A DNA stretch of 64,000 bases from Alkalispirochaeta sp. (GTDB lineage Bacteria; Spirochaetota; Spirochaetia; DSM-27196; Alkalispirochaetaceae), in NCBI GenBank assembly GCA_965601925.1, contig OZ271854.1:1856001-1920000 (forward strand). The letters are read 5' to 3'. The position numbers and the translations under genes were made by a program. The notes under the pieces were generated by a model, which made no database searches, was not told where the DNA came from, and was given only the letters and a program-made list of their open reading frames with translations. Below are positions 10,036-20,437 of the stretch, piece after piece (within the stretch, counting starts at the first letter, position 1; the number at the start of each line of letters is the position of its first letter).

Positions 10036-10991
10036 GGTGTACCTCCGGTGGTTCGAGGAGTGTAGGCGACGAGTGAGAGATAGACGTTCTCCAGGGTGGG
10101 CGTGATTCGTCGGGCGTCGATAACCCCGACACCGCCCGCTTCGAGGGAGGCGCGGAGCTCCGTCGGTAGAACGGCTTCCTCGGCGTTTGAGGCGGACGGA
10201 AGACGAAGGTTGAGGCGATCGCCCAAGAGATACGCCTCAACCACCCCCGCACCGATGTGGCGTTCGATGATCTTACGCGCACGGCGCGGATCGGTGCAGA
10301 CCACCTCGACCATATCGCCCTCGATCGTCGTGCGAGCGTCCTCGGGGGTTCCTACGAAGAGAAACTCGCCCTCTCGAAGGAGCCCCACACGGTGACATCG
10401 CTCGGCTTCGTCGAGATACGGAGAGGTTACGACGATGGTGAGCCCGGTTGTCAGCAGTTCTCCGAGGATCAGCCAAAAGTCGCGGCGCGAGACGGGATCT
10501 ACTCCTGTGGTCGGCTCGTCGAGAAGCAGGAGTTTCGGTTGATGAATGAGGGCGCACGCGAGGGCCAACTTTTTCTTCATCCCTCCGGACAGACGCCCCG
10601 CCAGACGATCGGCAAACGGCTCGAGACGGGTGAAGCCCAACAGCTGATCGCGATGTTTCCGATAGTGCCGTACACCGTAGATATCGGCGCGAAAACGAAG
10701 ATTCTCTTCCACCGAAAGGTCGCGATAAAGAGAGAAGCCCTGGGAGAGGTAGCCGAGATCGTTGCGGAGCGCCTTGCGACCCCCGGGAAGCCGGAGGCCT
10801 AAAGCCTCAATCTCTCCGCGATCCGGTCTAAGGACGCCCGAGATGATCCGGAGGAGGGTCGTCTTTCCCGCGCCGTCGGGCCCGATGAGCGCGAACATCT
10901 CGCCGGACTGCACATCCAGCGAAACACCTTTGAGTGCCTCTACCTCGCCGTAAGATTTGGACAGTGTCCGAAGTGAGAGTGCGCACTCCAT
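10032..10991 (-). CDS. ABC transporter ATP-binding protein (YbhF N-half-like)
   Basis: GPDGAGKTT, LSGGMKKK, LDEPTTGVDP. Confidence 0.95.
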   Translation of the reverse strand: MECALSLRTLSKSYGEVEALKGVSLDVQSGEMFALIGPDGAGKTTLLRIISGVLRPDRGEIEALGLRLPGGRKALRNDLGYLSQGFSLYRDLSVEENLRFRADIYGVRHYRKHRDQLLGFTRLEPFADRLAGRLSGGMKKKLALACALIHQPKLLLLDEPTTGVDPVSRRDFWLILGELLTTGLTIVVTSPYLDEAERCHRVGLLREGEFLFVGTPEDARTTIEGDMVEVVCTDPRRARKIIERHIGAGVVEAYLLGDRLNLRLPSASNAEEAVLPTELRASLEAGGVGVIDARRITPTLENVYLSLVAYTPRTTGGTP

Positions 10992-10992
10992 C

Positions 10993-11967
10993 TTAACCCT
11001 CCGCCGGCGCTACCGAAAGACGGGCGTCCGCCGGCATTCCGATCTTGAAGACGCCGTCCGGGTTGGGAATCTCGATCTCCACGGCATAGACCAGTTGTGT
11101 CCGCTCCTCGGCGGTCTGCACATTGCGTGGGGTGAACTCCGCCTCATCGGCGATGCGTCGTACGCGGCCGATGAATTGTCTGTTCGGGAGGCCGTCGACG
11201 GAGATGTACGCCTCCTGGTCCAAGTACACGTGGGCGAGCCGTGGGCCGGGGATGTAGATCGTCAGATACACGGTCGACAGATCCGCGAGTCGTACCAAGG
11301 GTGTTCCTTGCGTGACGTACTCGCCCTCTTCGACAAACCGCGTAACGACCGCTCCGTGACGCGGCGCATAGACCGTCGTGTCGTCGAGGCGATTCTGGTA
11401 ACGCAGAACGGCGATCCGTGCCTCCTCGACGTGCGCTTCGGCGCGTTGGACCTCCTCCGGTCTCGCTGCAACCAGGCGCCGATACGCTGCGCGCGCCGAA
11501 CGGAGCGCGGCCTCGGCTTGGCGAAACGAGGTCTCGGCGCTGTCTCGATCGCTTGTAGTTGCGCTGCCGGACTCAAAGAGTCGCTGGGTCCGCTCGAAGG
11601 TGCGTCGTGCCAACTCGAGCGACTCCTCGATTCGCGCCACCTCAGCCTGCGCCTGGAGCAGGTCCTCTTCGCGGGCCCCTTCGCGTACCATCGCGAGCTC
11701 GGCTTCGGCCGCCACGAGGCGCTGTCGCCCCTGGGCCAACTCCAGTTCGTAGTCGATGGGGTCCAACCTCACCAGGGTCGCTCCCCGTTCGACGCGGCGT
11801 CCCTCATCGGCGTCAACCGCTACGACCAGACCGGAAACTTCGGCGGAAACGACCACATCGATCGCCTCCATCGTGCCGGAGCCGAATACCGCTCCGTCGC
11901 CGTCGGCACACCCCACCAGTACACCGATGATGAGTGTCGTCGCGATCCGGTATGTTCCGTTTGACAT
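10993..11967 (-). CDS. HlyD family efflux periplasmic adaptor (YbhG-like)
   Basis: Lipoyl half motifs, coiled-coil hairpin, AEFTPRNVQT, KIGMPAD; AGGAGG RBS before ATG 11967. Confidence 0.93.
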   Translation of the reverse strand: MSNGTYRIATTLIIGVLVGCADGDGAVFGSGTMEAIDVVVSAEVSGLVVAVDADEGRRVERGATLVRLDPIDYELELAQGRQRLVAAEAELAMVREGAREEDLLQAQAEVARIEESLELARRTFERTQRLFESGSATTSDRDSAETSFRQAEAALRSARAAYRRLVAARPEEVQRAEAHVEEARIAVLRYQNRLDDTTVYAPRHGAVVTRFVEEGEYVTQGTPLVRLADLSTVYLTIYIPGPRLAHVYLDQEAYISVDGLPNRQFIGRVRRIADEAEFTPRNVQTAEERTQLVYAVEIEIPNPDGVFKIGMPADARLSVAPAEG

Positions 11968-11977
11968 GGCCGACCTC

Positions 11978-12637
11978 CTATTCTTGTAGGTGCTCGCGCC
12001 CCCGTTCCGTGAGAATTCCGGTATTACACAGCCGAAGGAGCAACGCAGCGATGTCCTGGGGCCCCACACTCAGCCTCATGAGCAGATCGGGAGTGAGAAC
12101 GTTCTGGTAAATGGCTTGAACAAAGGTCACAAGCAGGCGTGGGTGGACCCGATCGTCAACCGTGCCCTCCTCGATCCCGCGGCGCACCGCCCTCTCGATA
12201 CGACTCAGGACGCGTTCTCGACGGAAGCGGTCGATCTCTTCCCAGACTTCGGGTGCGTAGCGGGACAAGTCGGTCATGAAACGCGGGCTGATACCACCGA
12301 CGTAATGTATGATTTCGCCCAACAGGCGCTGAAACGTCTGTGGAAAGGGCGCGCCGCCGTCGAAAATCGGCGTCAGGTGAGTGTCGATATCGTGGATAAG
12401 CGACCTGGCGACCTCCATGACGATCTGATTCTTGGTATCGAAGAGTCGGTAGAGCGTCTTCTTGCTCATTCCGAGCTCTTTCGCCAAGTCTTCGGTTCGG
12501 ACGGTACTAAAGCCCTCCGCCATAAAGCGGCGTCGCGCCAAGGTGACGATACGGCGGCGGGCAGCGACATCGGAACTCCCGCCGGGTGTATCGCTGTGTT
12601 GATCTGAAGAAACTTTGTTAGTTTCTTGAGTTTCCAT
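11978..12637 (-). CDS. TetR/AcrR family transcriptional regulator
   Basis: HTH GFSTVRTEDLAKELGMSKKTLYRLFDTK. Confidence 0.95.
   Translation of the reverse strand: METQETNKVSSDQHSDTPGGSSDVAARRRIVTLARRRFMAEGFSTVRTEDLAKELGMSKKTLYRLFDTKNQIVMEVARSLIHDIDTHLTPIFDGGAPFPQTFQRLLGEIIHYVGGISPRFMTDLSRYAPEVWEEIDRFRRERVLSRIERAVRRGIEEGTVDDRVHPRLLVTFVQAIYQNVLTPDLLMRLSVGPQDIAALLLRLCNTGILTERGREHLQE
12607..12627. promoter_or_regulatory. Candidate TetR operator inside the first codons of tetR
   Basis: Perfect inverted repeat AAGAAACT-N5-AGTTTCTT. Confidence 0.6.
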
Positions 12638-12643
12638 GTATCA

Positions 12644-12672
12644 AAGTTACTCCCGTTCTTCGTATCTGTCAA
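12644..12672 (-). promoter_or_regulatory. sigma70 promoter of the tetR-efflux operon (leaderless)
   Basis: TTGACA-N17-TAACTT, 6 nt before the ATG. Confidence 0.75.
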
Positions 12673-12782
12673 CGAGTATTCTCATGGACCGTGGATACGT
12701 TGTTCCGTGAGGAAGATACCGGCGCCGGATCATTCCGCGGAGGAACACACCCGACGCCGGTCGTCGTTTTGGTCTGTGCCGA

Positions 12783-13853
12783 TCAGTTTCCGGCGTCGAG
12801 CAGCTCGATCTCGAAGACCAAAAATGCGTTTGGTGGAATGACGCCGCCCGCGCCTTGCGAACCGTAGGCGAGCTCGGGCGGGAGTACGATGGTGCGCATC
12901 TCGCCCTCGCGCATGTCGGCGACGACTATGTCCCAGCCCCGTATGACCCGTCCGGCCCCTACGGGAAACTGGAACGGTCCGCGCTGTCGGCTGGAGTCGA
13001 ATACGCGTCCGTCCAGGAACCGTCCGGTGTAGTGCACGGTAACCTCTCGACCTCGACGAGGACGTGCACCGCGTCCTTCTCGATCGATGCGTACCCAGAT
13101 GCCGTTCTCGTCGCGCGTTGCGCCGGGAAACTCTTCCTCGATCAGCGTGATCGTTTCGCGTTGCGCCTCTTCACGGGTCGCACGCGCGCGCTCCTCGGCT
13201 CCCGATACCGCAGCGTCGAAAGACGCCTGGTCGGTGGTAAACGCCTCCGCCTCGGCCCCTACTCGTACGATCTCCACTCGTTCGATGCGATCTCCCTGAC
13301 GTATCGCATCGACGACGTTCTGACCCTCCACCACTTCACCGAAGACCGTGTGCCGGTCGTCGAGCCACGGTGTCTCGACGTGAGTAATAAAAAACTGACT
13401 GCCGTTCGTTCCCGGTCCGGAGTTTGCCATGGAGAGAACGCCCGGGCCGTCGTGGCGCAGGCTGGGGTGAAACTCGTCGGCGAAGCGGTATCCCGGGCCC
13501 CCGGTTCCGTTTCCCGCCGGATCGCCGCCCTGGATCATGAAATCGTCGATGACGCGGTGGAAGGTCAAGCCGTCGTAAAAACGGTCGCTCCCGTCGCGGT
13601 TGTGCTCGACGGTACCTTCGGCGAGGCCGACGAAGTTAATCACCGTCAACGGCGTTCGCTCATATTCCAGTCGGACGAGGATATCACTGCGTCCGCCGGT
13701 CGTGCGGTTGGTCACGATTCGGGCGTACAATCCCGGTGCGAGTCCCTCCTGCGACGAAACGGGGGTCGCAAGCATACCGAATAAGAGTGCGCCGGCAAGC
13801 GCAACATCCAACGTGCCGTGTAGACGATTCTGCCGTCTATGCTCCAAGCTCAT
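12783..13853 (-). CDS. Exported cyclophilin-FKBP fusion peptidyl-prolyl isomerase
   Basis: [23 protein letters not shown] (cyclophilin); [21 protein letters not shown]...IPPN (FKBP); signal peptide. Confidence 0.95.
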   Translation of the reverse strand: MSLEHRRQNRLHGTLDVALAGALLFGMLATPVSSQEGLAPGLYARIVTNRTTGGRSDILVRLEYERTPLTVINFVGLAEGTVEHNRDGSDRFYDGLTFHRVIDDFMIQGGDPAGNGTGGPGYRFADEFHPSLRHDGPGVLSMANSGPGTNGSQFFITHVETPWLDDRHTVFGEVVEGQNVVDAIRQGDRIERVEIVRVGAEAEAFTTDQASFDAAVSGAEERARATREEAQRETITLIEEEFPGATRDENGIWVRIDREGRGARPRRGREVTVHYTGRFLDGRVFDSSRQRGPFQFPVGAGRVIRGWDIVVADMREGEMRTIVLPPELAYGSQGAGGVIPPNAFLVFEIELLDAGN

Positions 13854-15031
13854 AGAGCCTCCTGTCGTGAAATACGTTGCACCCGGACGATCCCGTCGAT
13901 CCCTCGTAGCCGCTCTACAACGCCGTCGTCGATCGAGCCGTCCACATCGATGATGTTGTAGGCGAGATCGCCTTTATGGCGATTGAGCAGGTCGGCGATG
14001 TTGATACCCTCTTCCGCGAGTATCGTCGTCACCTGTCCTACCATATTGGGAACATTACGGTTGGCGAAGACGAGACGGTCGCCGCCGTTGCCGTCCATGG
14101 CGCAGTTGGGAAAGTTTACACCATTGTTGATATTGCCGCGTTCCAGATACTCGACCAGTTGCCGTGAGGCCATGATCGCTGAGTTGGTCTCGGCCTCGGG
14201 AGTCGATGCTCCCAAGTGAGGTATCGGTATAACCCCCTCGACACCGATCAAAGCCGCCTCGGGAAAATCGGTAACGTAGCGTGCGACGACGCCCGACTCG
14301 ATGGCTTCGAGTATCGACGGATTGTCGACGAGCTCTCCCCGGGCAAAGTTAAGCACGCGTAAGCCGGTTTTGGCGCGCTCGAGCAGGGACGAGTCTATGA
14401 TGCCTCGCGTATCGTCGTTGAGTGGAGCGTGGATCGTGAGGTAGTCGGCCTCGGCCACCAGAGCCTCCAAGCTCCGGGCGCGACGTACCGACCGCGAAAG
14501 TCCCCAGGCGCTCTCGATGGACAGAAAGGGATCGAAGCCGATGACCTGCATTCCGAGGGCCTCGCACGCATTGGCGACCATGACGCCGATAGCGCCCAGC
14601 CCGACGACGCCGAGCGTCTTACCCGCGACCTCGGGGCCGGCGAAGCGGCTCTTTCCCGCCTCTACCTCCTTGGCAACTTCCACCTCATGCGGCACGAGGT
14701 CCGCCACCCATCGACACCCCTCAAAAATACGGCGCGATGAGATCATCAGGGCGGCGATAACCAGCTCTTTGACGCTGTTGGCGTTGGAGCCCGGCGTGTT
14801 GAACACCGCGATACCGGCGTCGGTGCACCGCTGTAAGGGAATGTTATTCACCCCGGCGCCCGCCCTGGCGATCGCTTTGAGACGCTCCCCGAACGGCTCA
14901 TCGTGGAGCTTCGCGCTGCGGACGATGATACCGTCGGGATCTTCGATGTCCGGGCCCACCTCGTGACCCCGGGCCGTGATGACGGCGAGGCCCTCGGGGG
15001 CAATGTGGTTGTATGTGCGGATCCGTGCCAT
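13850..15031 (-). CDS. serA: D-3-phosphoglycerate dehydrogenase with ACT domain
   Basis: [28 protein letters not shown]-terminal ACT domain. Confidence 0.9.
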   Translation of the reverse strand: MARIRTYNHIAPEGLAVITARGHEVGPDIEDPDGIIVRSAKLHDEPFGERLKAIARAGAGVNNIPLQRCTDAGIAVFNTPGSNANSVKELVIAALMISSRRIFEGCRWVADLVPHEVEVAKEVEAGKSRFAGPEVAGKTLGVVGLGAIGVMVANACEALGMQVIGFDPFLSIESAWGLSRSVRRARSLEALVAEADYLTIHAPLNDDTRGIIDSSLLERAKTGLRVLNFARGELVDNPSILEAIESGVVARYVTDFPEAALIGVEGVIPIPHLGASTPEAETNSAIMASRQLVEYLERGNINNGVNFPNCAMDGNGGDRLVFANRNVPNMVGQVTTILAEEGINIADLLNRHKGDLAYNIIDVDGSIDDGVVERLRGIDGIVRVQRISRQEAL

Positions 15032-15102
15032 GACGCGGCAAGGCTACACTGTTGCGCGGTCAGTTTCAACGCACGGGTGTTTTCGCTATACTCGTCCACG
15101 CA

Positions 15103-16410
15103 GTGCGGCTCTCAACATTTGGACGTACCTTCGGCGGTCCCACCGGGATTATGGATCTCATGGACGATATGGGCCGCGCCCTCGCCGGCGACGAGAAGAA
15201 GTACATGCTCGGCGGCGGCAATCCCGCGAAAATCCCGGCGGTCGAGGCGTTGTGGCGTTCGCGTTTGACGGAACTCCTCGATCAGGGCGACGCGGTGGAG
15301 CGAATGCTGGGGGACTACGGCCCGCCCCAGGGACATCCGGCCTTCATCGAAGCGCTCGCACACCTTCTTAACCGTGAGTTCGGCTGGAATCTCACGTCCC
15401 GTAACGTCGCGGTGACCAACGGTAGCCAGACCGCATTTTTCCTTCTTCTCAATATGCTGAGCGGAGCCGACGGCCCTCTTTCGGACGGTACGCGGCGGCG
15501 GATACTCTTTCCCCTGTTGCCGGAGTATATCGGCTATGCCGATCAAGGGCTGACCCCCGGCTGCTTCGTCGCCTGCCGTCCCATCGTCGATCGCCTCGAC
15601 GAGCATACCCACAAGTATCGCGTCGACTTTGACGCCGTGGCGGGTCAACTGGAGGGCGGTCGCTCGGGCCGCGCCGACCCGATCGGCGCGATATGCGTCT
15701 CCCGTCCGACAAACCCGTCGGGAAACGTCCTTACCGACGAGGAGATGCACCGCCTGGACGAGCTTGCACGGCAATACGACGTCCCCTTGATTGTGGACAA
15801 CGCGTACGGTGCACCCTTTCCCGACATCGTTTTCGACGATGCCACCGATGGACCGGTCGGGCCTATCTGGAACGAGAATATCGTGCTCGGCATGAGTCTC
15901 TCCAAGGTCGGGTTGCCCGGGGTCCGCACGGGAATAATCGTCGCTTCGTCGGACATCGTAACCGCTCTCAGCCGGGCCAATGCGGTGTTGAGTCTCGCCA
16001 ACACCGCGGTGGGGCAGGCGCTCACCGAGCCGCTGGTTCGCTCCGGTGCCATATTGTCGATCGCTCGTGAGGCGATCCGACCGTTTTATCGTGCGCGCGC
16101 CCGGGAGGCGCGGCGCTTACTCCACGAGGCGTTCGATAGCGATGTCACGTTTTCCCTTCATCGCGTGGAGGGCTCGATATTTCTCTGGCTGTGGCTGCCG
16201 GAGCTGCCCGTTTCGAGCCGCGAGCTGTACGATCGCCTCAAGCGACGAAACGTGCTCGTCGTCCCAGGTGAGTATTTCTTTTTCGGCGCCGCCGACGATT
16301 GGCGCCACTCCCGACAATGTATCCGCATTAACTACGGGCAGGAGAGCCGAGACGTGGCGGAGGGAATCGGTATCATCGCGGACGAGGTCATCACCCTTTG
16401 TCGACGTTAG
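15103..16410 (+). CDS. avtA: Valine-pyruvate aminotransferase
   Basis: MLGGGNPAKIP, LPEYIGY, SRPTNPSGN, DNAYG, SLSKVGLPG; GTG start chosen by resemblance to the AvtA N-terminus. Confidence 0.92.
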   Translation: MRLSTFGRTFGGPTGIMDLMDDMGRALAGDEKKYMLGGGNPAKIPAVEALWRSRLTELLDQGDAVERMLGDYGPPQGHPAFIEALAHLLNREFGWNLTSRNVAVTNGSQTAFFLLLNMLSGADGPLSDGTRRRILFPLLPEYIGYADQGLTPGCFVACRPIVDRLDEHTHKYRVDFDAVAGQLEGGRSGRADPIGAICVSRPTNPSGNVLTDEEMHRLDELARQYDVPLIVDNAYGAPFPDIVFDDATDGPVGPIWNENIVLGMSLSKVGLPGVRTGIIVASSDIVTALSRANAVLSLANTAVGQALTEPLVRSGAILSIAREAIRPFYRARAREARRLLHEAFDSDVTFSLHRVEGSIFLWLWLPELPVSSRELYDRLKRRNVLVVPGEYFFFGAADDWRHSRQCIRINYGQESRDVAEGIGIIADEVITLCRR

Positions 16411-17660
16411 GGGACAAACGCACCACGTGGGGAGTCGCCTCCTTCGCTATCGCCGTTTTATGCGCCTTCGTCGTCCGCCAAGTGTGGTTGTCCGGCATCG
16501 GTATGGAGCCTTCGGCGACGGGCAATCGCTCGTTGGTCTTCATTGCTTTGGGAGGCTCGGGGCTCGCCGGCTGGTTCGGTCACGCCTCCTATCCGCGCGT
16601 CCACAACTTCAAGGTGTACGCCTTGAGCATCGCGATCGCAACGGTCTCGTTCGCGGCGATCGTACCGGTTTTCGGGCTTTCGTCCGTTATCGGCCCGGGA
16701 GCCGCGGATATCCATTCCGCGGCGGTCTTTCTCGGTTTCGGCACGATCCTATGCACGATGGTGCTCACCACCGTGGCGCCGGAGTATCTCCGATACCGTA
16801 GTACGGTACGACTCACCGTCGCCCTCGTGCTCATCATCGCCGCGACCTTCGCGGCGGGTCTCACGATGGTCGAGCTTCGCATCGCGTTGGCCGAGCAGTT
16901 TCGTGCGCTACTCGACGGATCATCGACCGCATTTTGGGCGTTTACGATACTTGCCGGTGCGGTTTTCGTGCTTTCTTTGACTATGGAGATGCAGAGCTTC
17001 GGAATCGGCGGTGTGCACGCCGGGGGAGCGCTGCTCCTCGCCTCGGCGTGGCTCCTACCCGAAGGAGACATCCTCTTGTACGGCCTGGTTCTCGCCGTGT
17101 TGCCGCTTTTCGTCGCCGTCGGAACGCTCATACACTGGTTTCGGCGCCTGGAAAACCGCGCCTCCTACGATCCGCTGCTGCGTATCTATAACCGCGGGTG
17201 GGCCGACGAGGTGCTCTCCGAGCAGAGTCGTCTGGATACCAGAGCTCCGTTCGCGATTGCGCTCGTCGATTTGGACCACTTCAAAAAGATCAACGACACC
17301 CACGGCCACGACGCCGGGGATGCGGTACTGCAGGAGATTGCGCAACGAATTCGCTCCACGGTCGTGCCGCAAGGAAGCGTCGCGCGATTCGGGGGCGAAG
17401 AGATTGTCGTGTTTCTCCCGGAGACTGAGCTCGAGCAGGCGCGATCGCTCATGGAGATCGTTCGTCAGGCCGTGGAGGCGTCTATCGTGGGACATCGAAA
17501 GAAGAAGATATCCGTGACGTGCAGTATCGGTCTTGCGGTGCGCCAAGAACGAGACCAGTCGCTATCGATGGTGTTGAAGGCCGCCGACCGCGCCTTGTAC
17601 ACCGCAAAGGGCGGCGGCCGCAACCAGGTGCGCGTCGGACGACTTCGGCGCCGCTCGTAG
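16398..17660 (+). CDS. Multi-TM diguanylate cyclase (GGDEF domain)
   Basis: Many TM helices, DPLLRIYNR, DLDHFKKINDTHGHDAGD, RFGGEEI, ADRALYTAKGGGRN. Confidence 0.93.
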   Translation: MSTLGDKRTTWGVASFAIAVLCAFVVRQVWLSGIGMEPSATGNRSLVFIALGGSGLAGWFGHASYPRVHNFKVYALSIAIATVSFAAIVPVFGLSSVIGPGAADIHSAAVFLGFGTILCTMVLTTVAPEYLRYRSTVRLTVALVLIIAATFAAGLTMVELRIALAEQFRALLDGSSTAFWAFTILAGAVFVLSLTMEMQSFGIGGVHAGGALLLASAWLLPEGDILLYGLVLAVLPLFVAVGTLIHWFRRLENRASYDPLLRIYNRGWADEVLSEQSRLDTRAPFAIALVDLDHFKKINDTHGHDAGDAVLQEIAQRIRSTVVPQGSVARFGGEEIVVFLPETELEQARSLMEIVRQAVEASIVGHRKKKISVTCSIGLAVRQERDQSLSMVLKAADRALYTAKGGGRNQVRVGRLRRRS

Positions 17661-17681
17661 CTACCTTGAGGTCGCGTTGCG

Positions 17682-18857
17682 TCAGGTGGACGTCTGCCGT
17701 TCGCGGAAGCGCTCAACCTCCCAGTTCCGTATGAAGTCGATCTGGTCCTCCGGCATGACCTTCACCCCACCGAAGCTCTCGGCGTAACACGCGATCTTCA
17801 GGGCATCTAGAAAGAGAAGACGAGCGACGGCGCTCTTTTTCGCCGTGGCGGCTATCGCAACCGCTCCCAACCCTTGGACGACGACCACCTTCGGCAACGC
17901 GCCTTCTCGCGAACGAAATCGCCCGATTTCCGCGATGACGGCGCGTGCGAGCACCGACGGACTCGACGCCACCTCCGGAGAGGAGACGAAACACGGCCTG
18001 TGTCCCGCGTAGACGATGTGATCCGGCGTAGGCGACGTCGCGATCGGCGCAAAGTCCTCGCGGGACGCGCTACGACGCTCCAGCTCCGGATTGAAAAACG
18101 CCGCCGCCGTCGGACTCGCCGAAGCGGTCCCGTACATCGACTCCACCTCTTGATACGCCGCGACCACCGCTTCTCCCAGGCGGCGAAGACGCGGCGTATC
18201 ACGCTCTTCCGGAGAGAGGTGCGCCTCACTGCGGATCGCGGCGGCAACGGTCTCGTACATGCGCCGGTTGACGTCGTGGACCGCTTGCGGCGTCTCCCCG
18301 GCGACCACGAGACCGTGGTTCTGCATTACCAGGGCGGTGGGCCACGCGCCTTCGTGAGACGCCTGCCACGCGCGAACGCGATCTCGTATCTCCATCGCCA
18401 GGGTGTAGCCGGGATTCACCGTGGGGATCCACACGGCGAACGTTCCGAACAGACGCTCGGTCTCCGCCTCGCCGGCGTTTGCGCAGGTTACTCCGTTTAT
18501 GACCGTCGGGTGGGTGTGGCAGACGATGCGATGGGGAAAGAGGGCGTGCATCAAGGTCTCCACACTGGGTCGAACGGTAGCCTCTCGGTCGGTCCGGCAG
18601 GCCATTAGATCGGCGAGAGCCTGTTCTTCACGTCGATCGGGATCGGCCGGGTAGGATTTTTCCCACAGAGCGTTTAGGGCGCGCCGGTCCATGGAGACGA
18701 ATCGGCTCTCGTCGATCCCCGCCAGTGTGGTGCCCGACGCCTTGATCCACATCGTCTCGCCGTCCTTGATGGACGTGTTGCCGCCCCCGGCGATTACCCA
18801 GTCGGTTCCCTCTCCGTAGCGACGCGAGATCTCAACGATCTCCTGTAGCGGCGTCAT
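17682..18857 (-). CDS. Class II aldolase/adducin family, probable rhamnulose-1-phosphate aldolase (RhaE-type domain, no fused SDR)
   Basis: GGGNTSIK, IKASG, RPSVETLMH, HTHP, NHGL, TPDH; located in the rhamnose cluster. Confidence 0.8.
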   Translation of the reverse strand: MTPLQEIVEISRRYGEGTDWVIAGGGNTSIKDGETMWIKASGTTLAGIDESRFVSMDRRALNALWEKSYPADPDRREEQALADLMACRTDREATVRPSVETLMHALFPHRIVCHTHPTVINGVTCANAGEAETERLFGTFAVWIPTVNPGYTLAMEIRDRVRAWQASHEGAWPTALVMQNHGLVVAGETPQAVHDVNRRMYETVAAAIRSEAHLSPEERDTPRLRRLGEAVVAAYQEVESMYGTASASPTAAAFFNPELERRSASREDFAPIATSPTPDHIVYAGHRPCFVSSPEVASSPSVLARAVIAEIGRFRSREGALPKVVVVQGLGAVAIAATAKKSAVARLLFLDALKIACYAESFGGVKVMPEDQIDFIRNWEVERFRERQTST

Positions 18858-18927
18858 GCGCCCCCCTCTCTCGATGTCGATTCGACCTCGACCGTTCGTG
18901 CCGTGTCCACTGCTTGCACCCGCGCGA

Positions 18928-20193
18928 TCAGTCTCGCTTACTCAGAACATCGCGCTCATACCGGCGTACCTCGGCGATCCACGCGGGTCCCGCGGGAACG
19001 TTGTGCGTTTCGCAAAACATGTCCCACACCGCGCCGAAGGGGAGCGTCTTCGCCTCTTCGTGAAGTGCCAGCCGCTCGGCGAGGTGCCCTGTGTTCTCCG
19101 CCGCCATCATCTTCGTCCTCGGTTCCAACAGGGCGTACAACGCCGCCTTCTGTGTGGAACGCGTTCCGATTACCCACGCGGCGACGCGGTTGATGCTGGC
19201 GTCGAAGAAGTCGAGGGCGAGATTCACGCGATTCCACGCCCCGGCGCGTTCAATTTCTACCATGATCGAGCGCGTCTCCTCGTCGAAGAGTACGACGTGA
19301 TCGCTGTCCCACCGCACCGGACGCGACACGTGGAGGAGCAACTCGTCGACAAAGGGCAGCAGAGCGCTGATCTTGTCGCTGATACGCTCGGTCGGGTGGT
19401 AGTGGCCGGCGTCCATGGTGAGTAACACACCCCGCGTCAGTGCGTAGGCGAGGTAGAACTCGTGCGACCCCACCACATAGCTCTCCGATCCGATACCGAA
19501 GAGCTTACTCTCTACCGCATCTCGCGTATGGGCGGGGTCGAGGCTCGTCTCGAAGACGCGGTCCAACGAGTCCACCAACAACGTGCGATGAGCCAGGCGA
19601 TCGGCGGGAAGATCTTTCGACCCGTCGGGTATCCAGAAATTGTTGAGCGACGGCGAACCTTGTGCGGCGCCCATCGCGGCGCTGATTGTACGGCAGCGCT
19701 TACCGTGTTCAATCCAGAACTCCCGTGTTCCTTCGTCACGGGCGGCCAGCGTGAAGCCCTTGTCGGCCTTCGGATGGGAAAAGAACGTCGGATTGAAGTC
19801 GAGGGCGATGCCGCGATCTCGCGCCCAATCGATCCACCGTTCAAAATGAACGACTTCGATCTCGTCGCGATCCACGCGTTTCCCACCCGTCTCCAGGTAC
19901 ATGGCGTGAAGGTTGAGGCGTCGGCGGCCGGGGATCAGGGTCGAGGCGAACTCGAAGTCGGCGCGTACCTCGTCGCCGTTGCGCGCTCGCCCCGGGTAGT
20001 TCCCGGTCGCAAGGATGCCGCCCCCGGTGATGCCCGCAGAACCCTCAAAGCCGGACACATCGTCGGCTTGCCAGCAGTTCATGCTGATCGGAATGTGGGC
20101 CATCGCGGCCAGTGCGCGATCCGTGTCGACGTCCAGTTGAGCGTATTGCTCGCGCGCGTCGTGGTATCTCCGGGTGATATCCGATCGCCCCAT
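18928..20193 (-). CDS. rhaA: L-rhamnose isomerase
   Basis: CWQADDVSGFE, TGNYPGRAR, FNPTFFSHP, ESKLFGIGSESY, HVSRPVRWDSDH; AAGGAG RBS before ATG 20193. Confidence 0.96.
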   Translation of the reverse strand: MGRSDITRRYHDAREQYAQLDVDTDRALAAMAHIPISMNCWQADDVSGFEGSAGITGGGILATGNYPGRARNGDEVRADFEFASTLIPGRRRLNLHAMYLETGGKRVDRDEIEVVHFERWIDWARDRGIALDFNPTFFSHPKADKGFTLAARDEGTREFWIEHGKRCRTISAAMGAAQGSPSLNNFWIPDGSKDLPADRLAHRTLLVDSLDRVFETSLDPAHTRDAVESKLFGIGSESYVVGSHEFYLAYALTRGVLLTMDAGHYHPTERISDKISALLPFVDELLLHVSRPVRWDSDHVVLFDEETRSIMVEIERAGAWNRVNLALDFFDASINRVAAWVIGTRSTQKAALYALLEPRTKMMAAENTGHLAERLALHEEAKTLPFGAVWDMFCETHNVPAGPAWIAEVRRYERDVLSKRD

Positions 20194-20392
20194 GGAGTCT
20201 CTCCTTCCCATAAGTCCGGTGTGGTGCGCCGGGTCGCTTCACTCTCGATGCGACGATCACCCGTTCGATCGAACGGAAGTCGTCCGTCCTCGGAGGGCGG
20301 AACGGTGCTCCGTATCGGCTGTCGATTCCGCCCGCCCATGCGAGCCGTCTCGTCGTTGCGTCTAAGCCGCGCGCCGCGCCGCCGTCGACGAA

Positions 20393-20423
20393 CGAGGCAT
20401 CTCGAACCGGTCGAGATGCCTCG
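20393..20423 (-). terminator. 13-bp stem-loop after the substrate-binding protein gene (terminator or mRNA-stabilising hairpin)
   Basis: CGAGGCATCTCGA-accgg-TCGAGATGCCTCG; no U-tract. Confidence 0.55.
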
Positions 20424-20437
20424 GGATCACCATCGAA

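Noticed and set aside
10957..11964. Long + strand ORF (335 aa) and similar antisense ORFs (19462-20538, 20969-22204, 27917-28897, 61567-62703)
   Set aside because: Shadow ORFs opposite well-supported genes; expected in GC-rich DNA and lacking recognisable motifs
12783..13853. Cyclophilin-FKBP fusion as a novelty
   Set aside because: Dual-family PPIases are already known in bacteria
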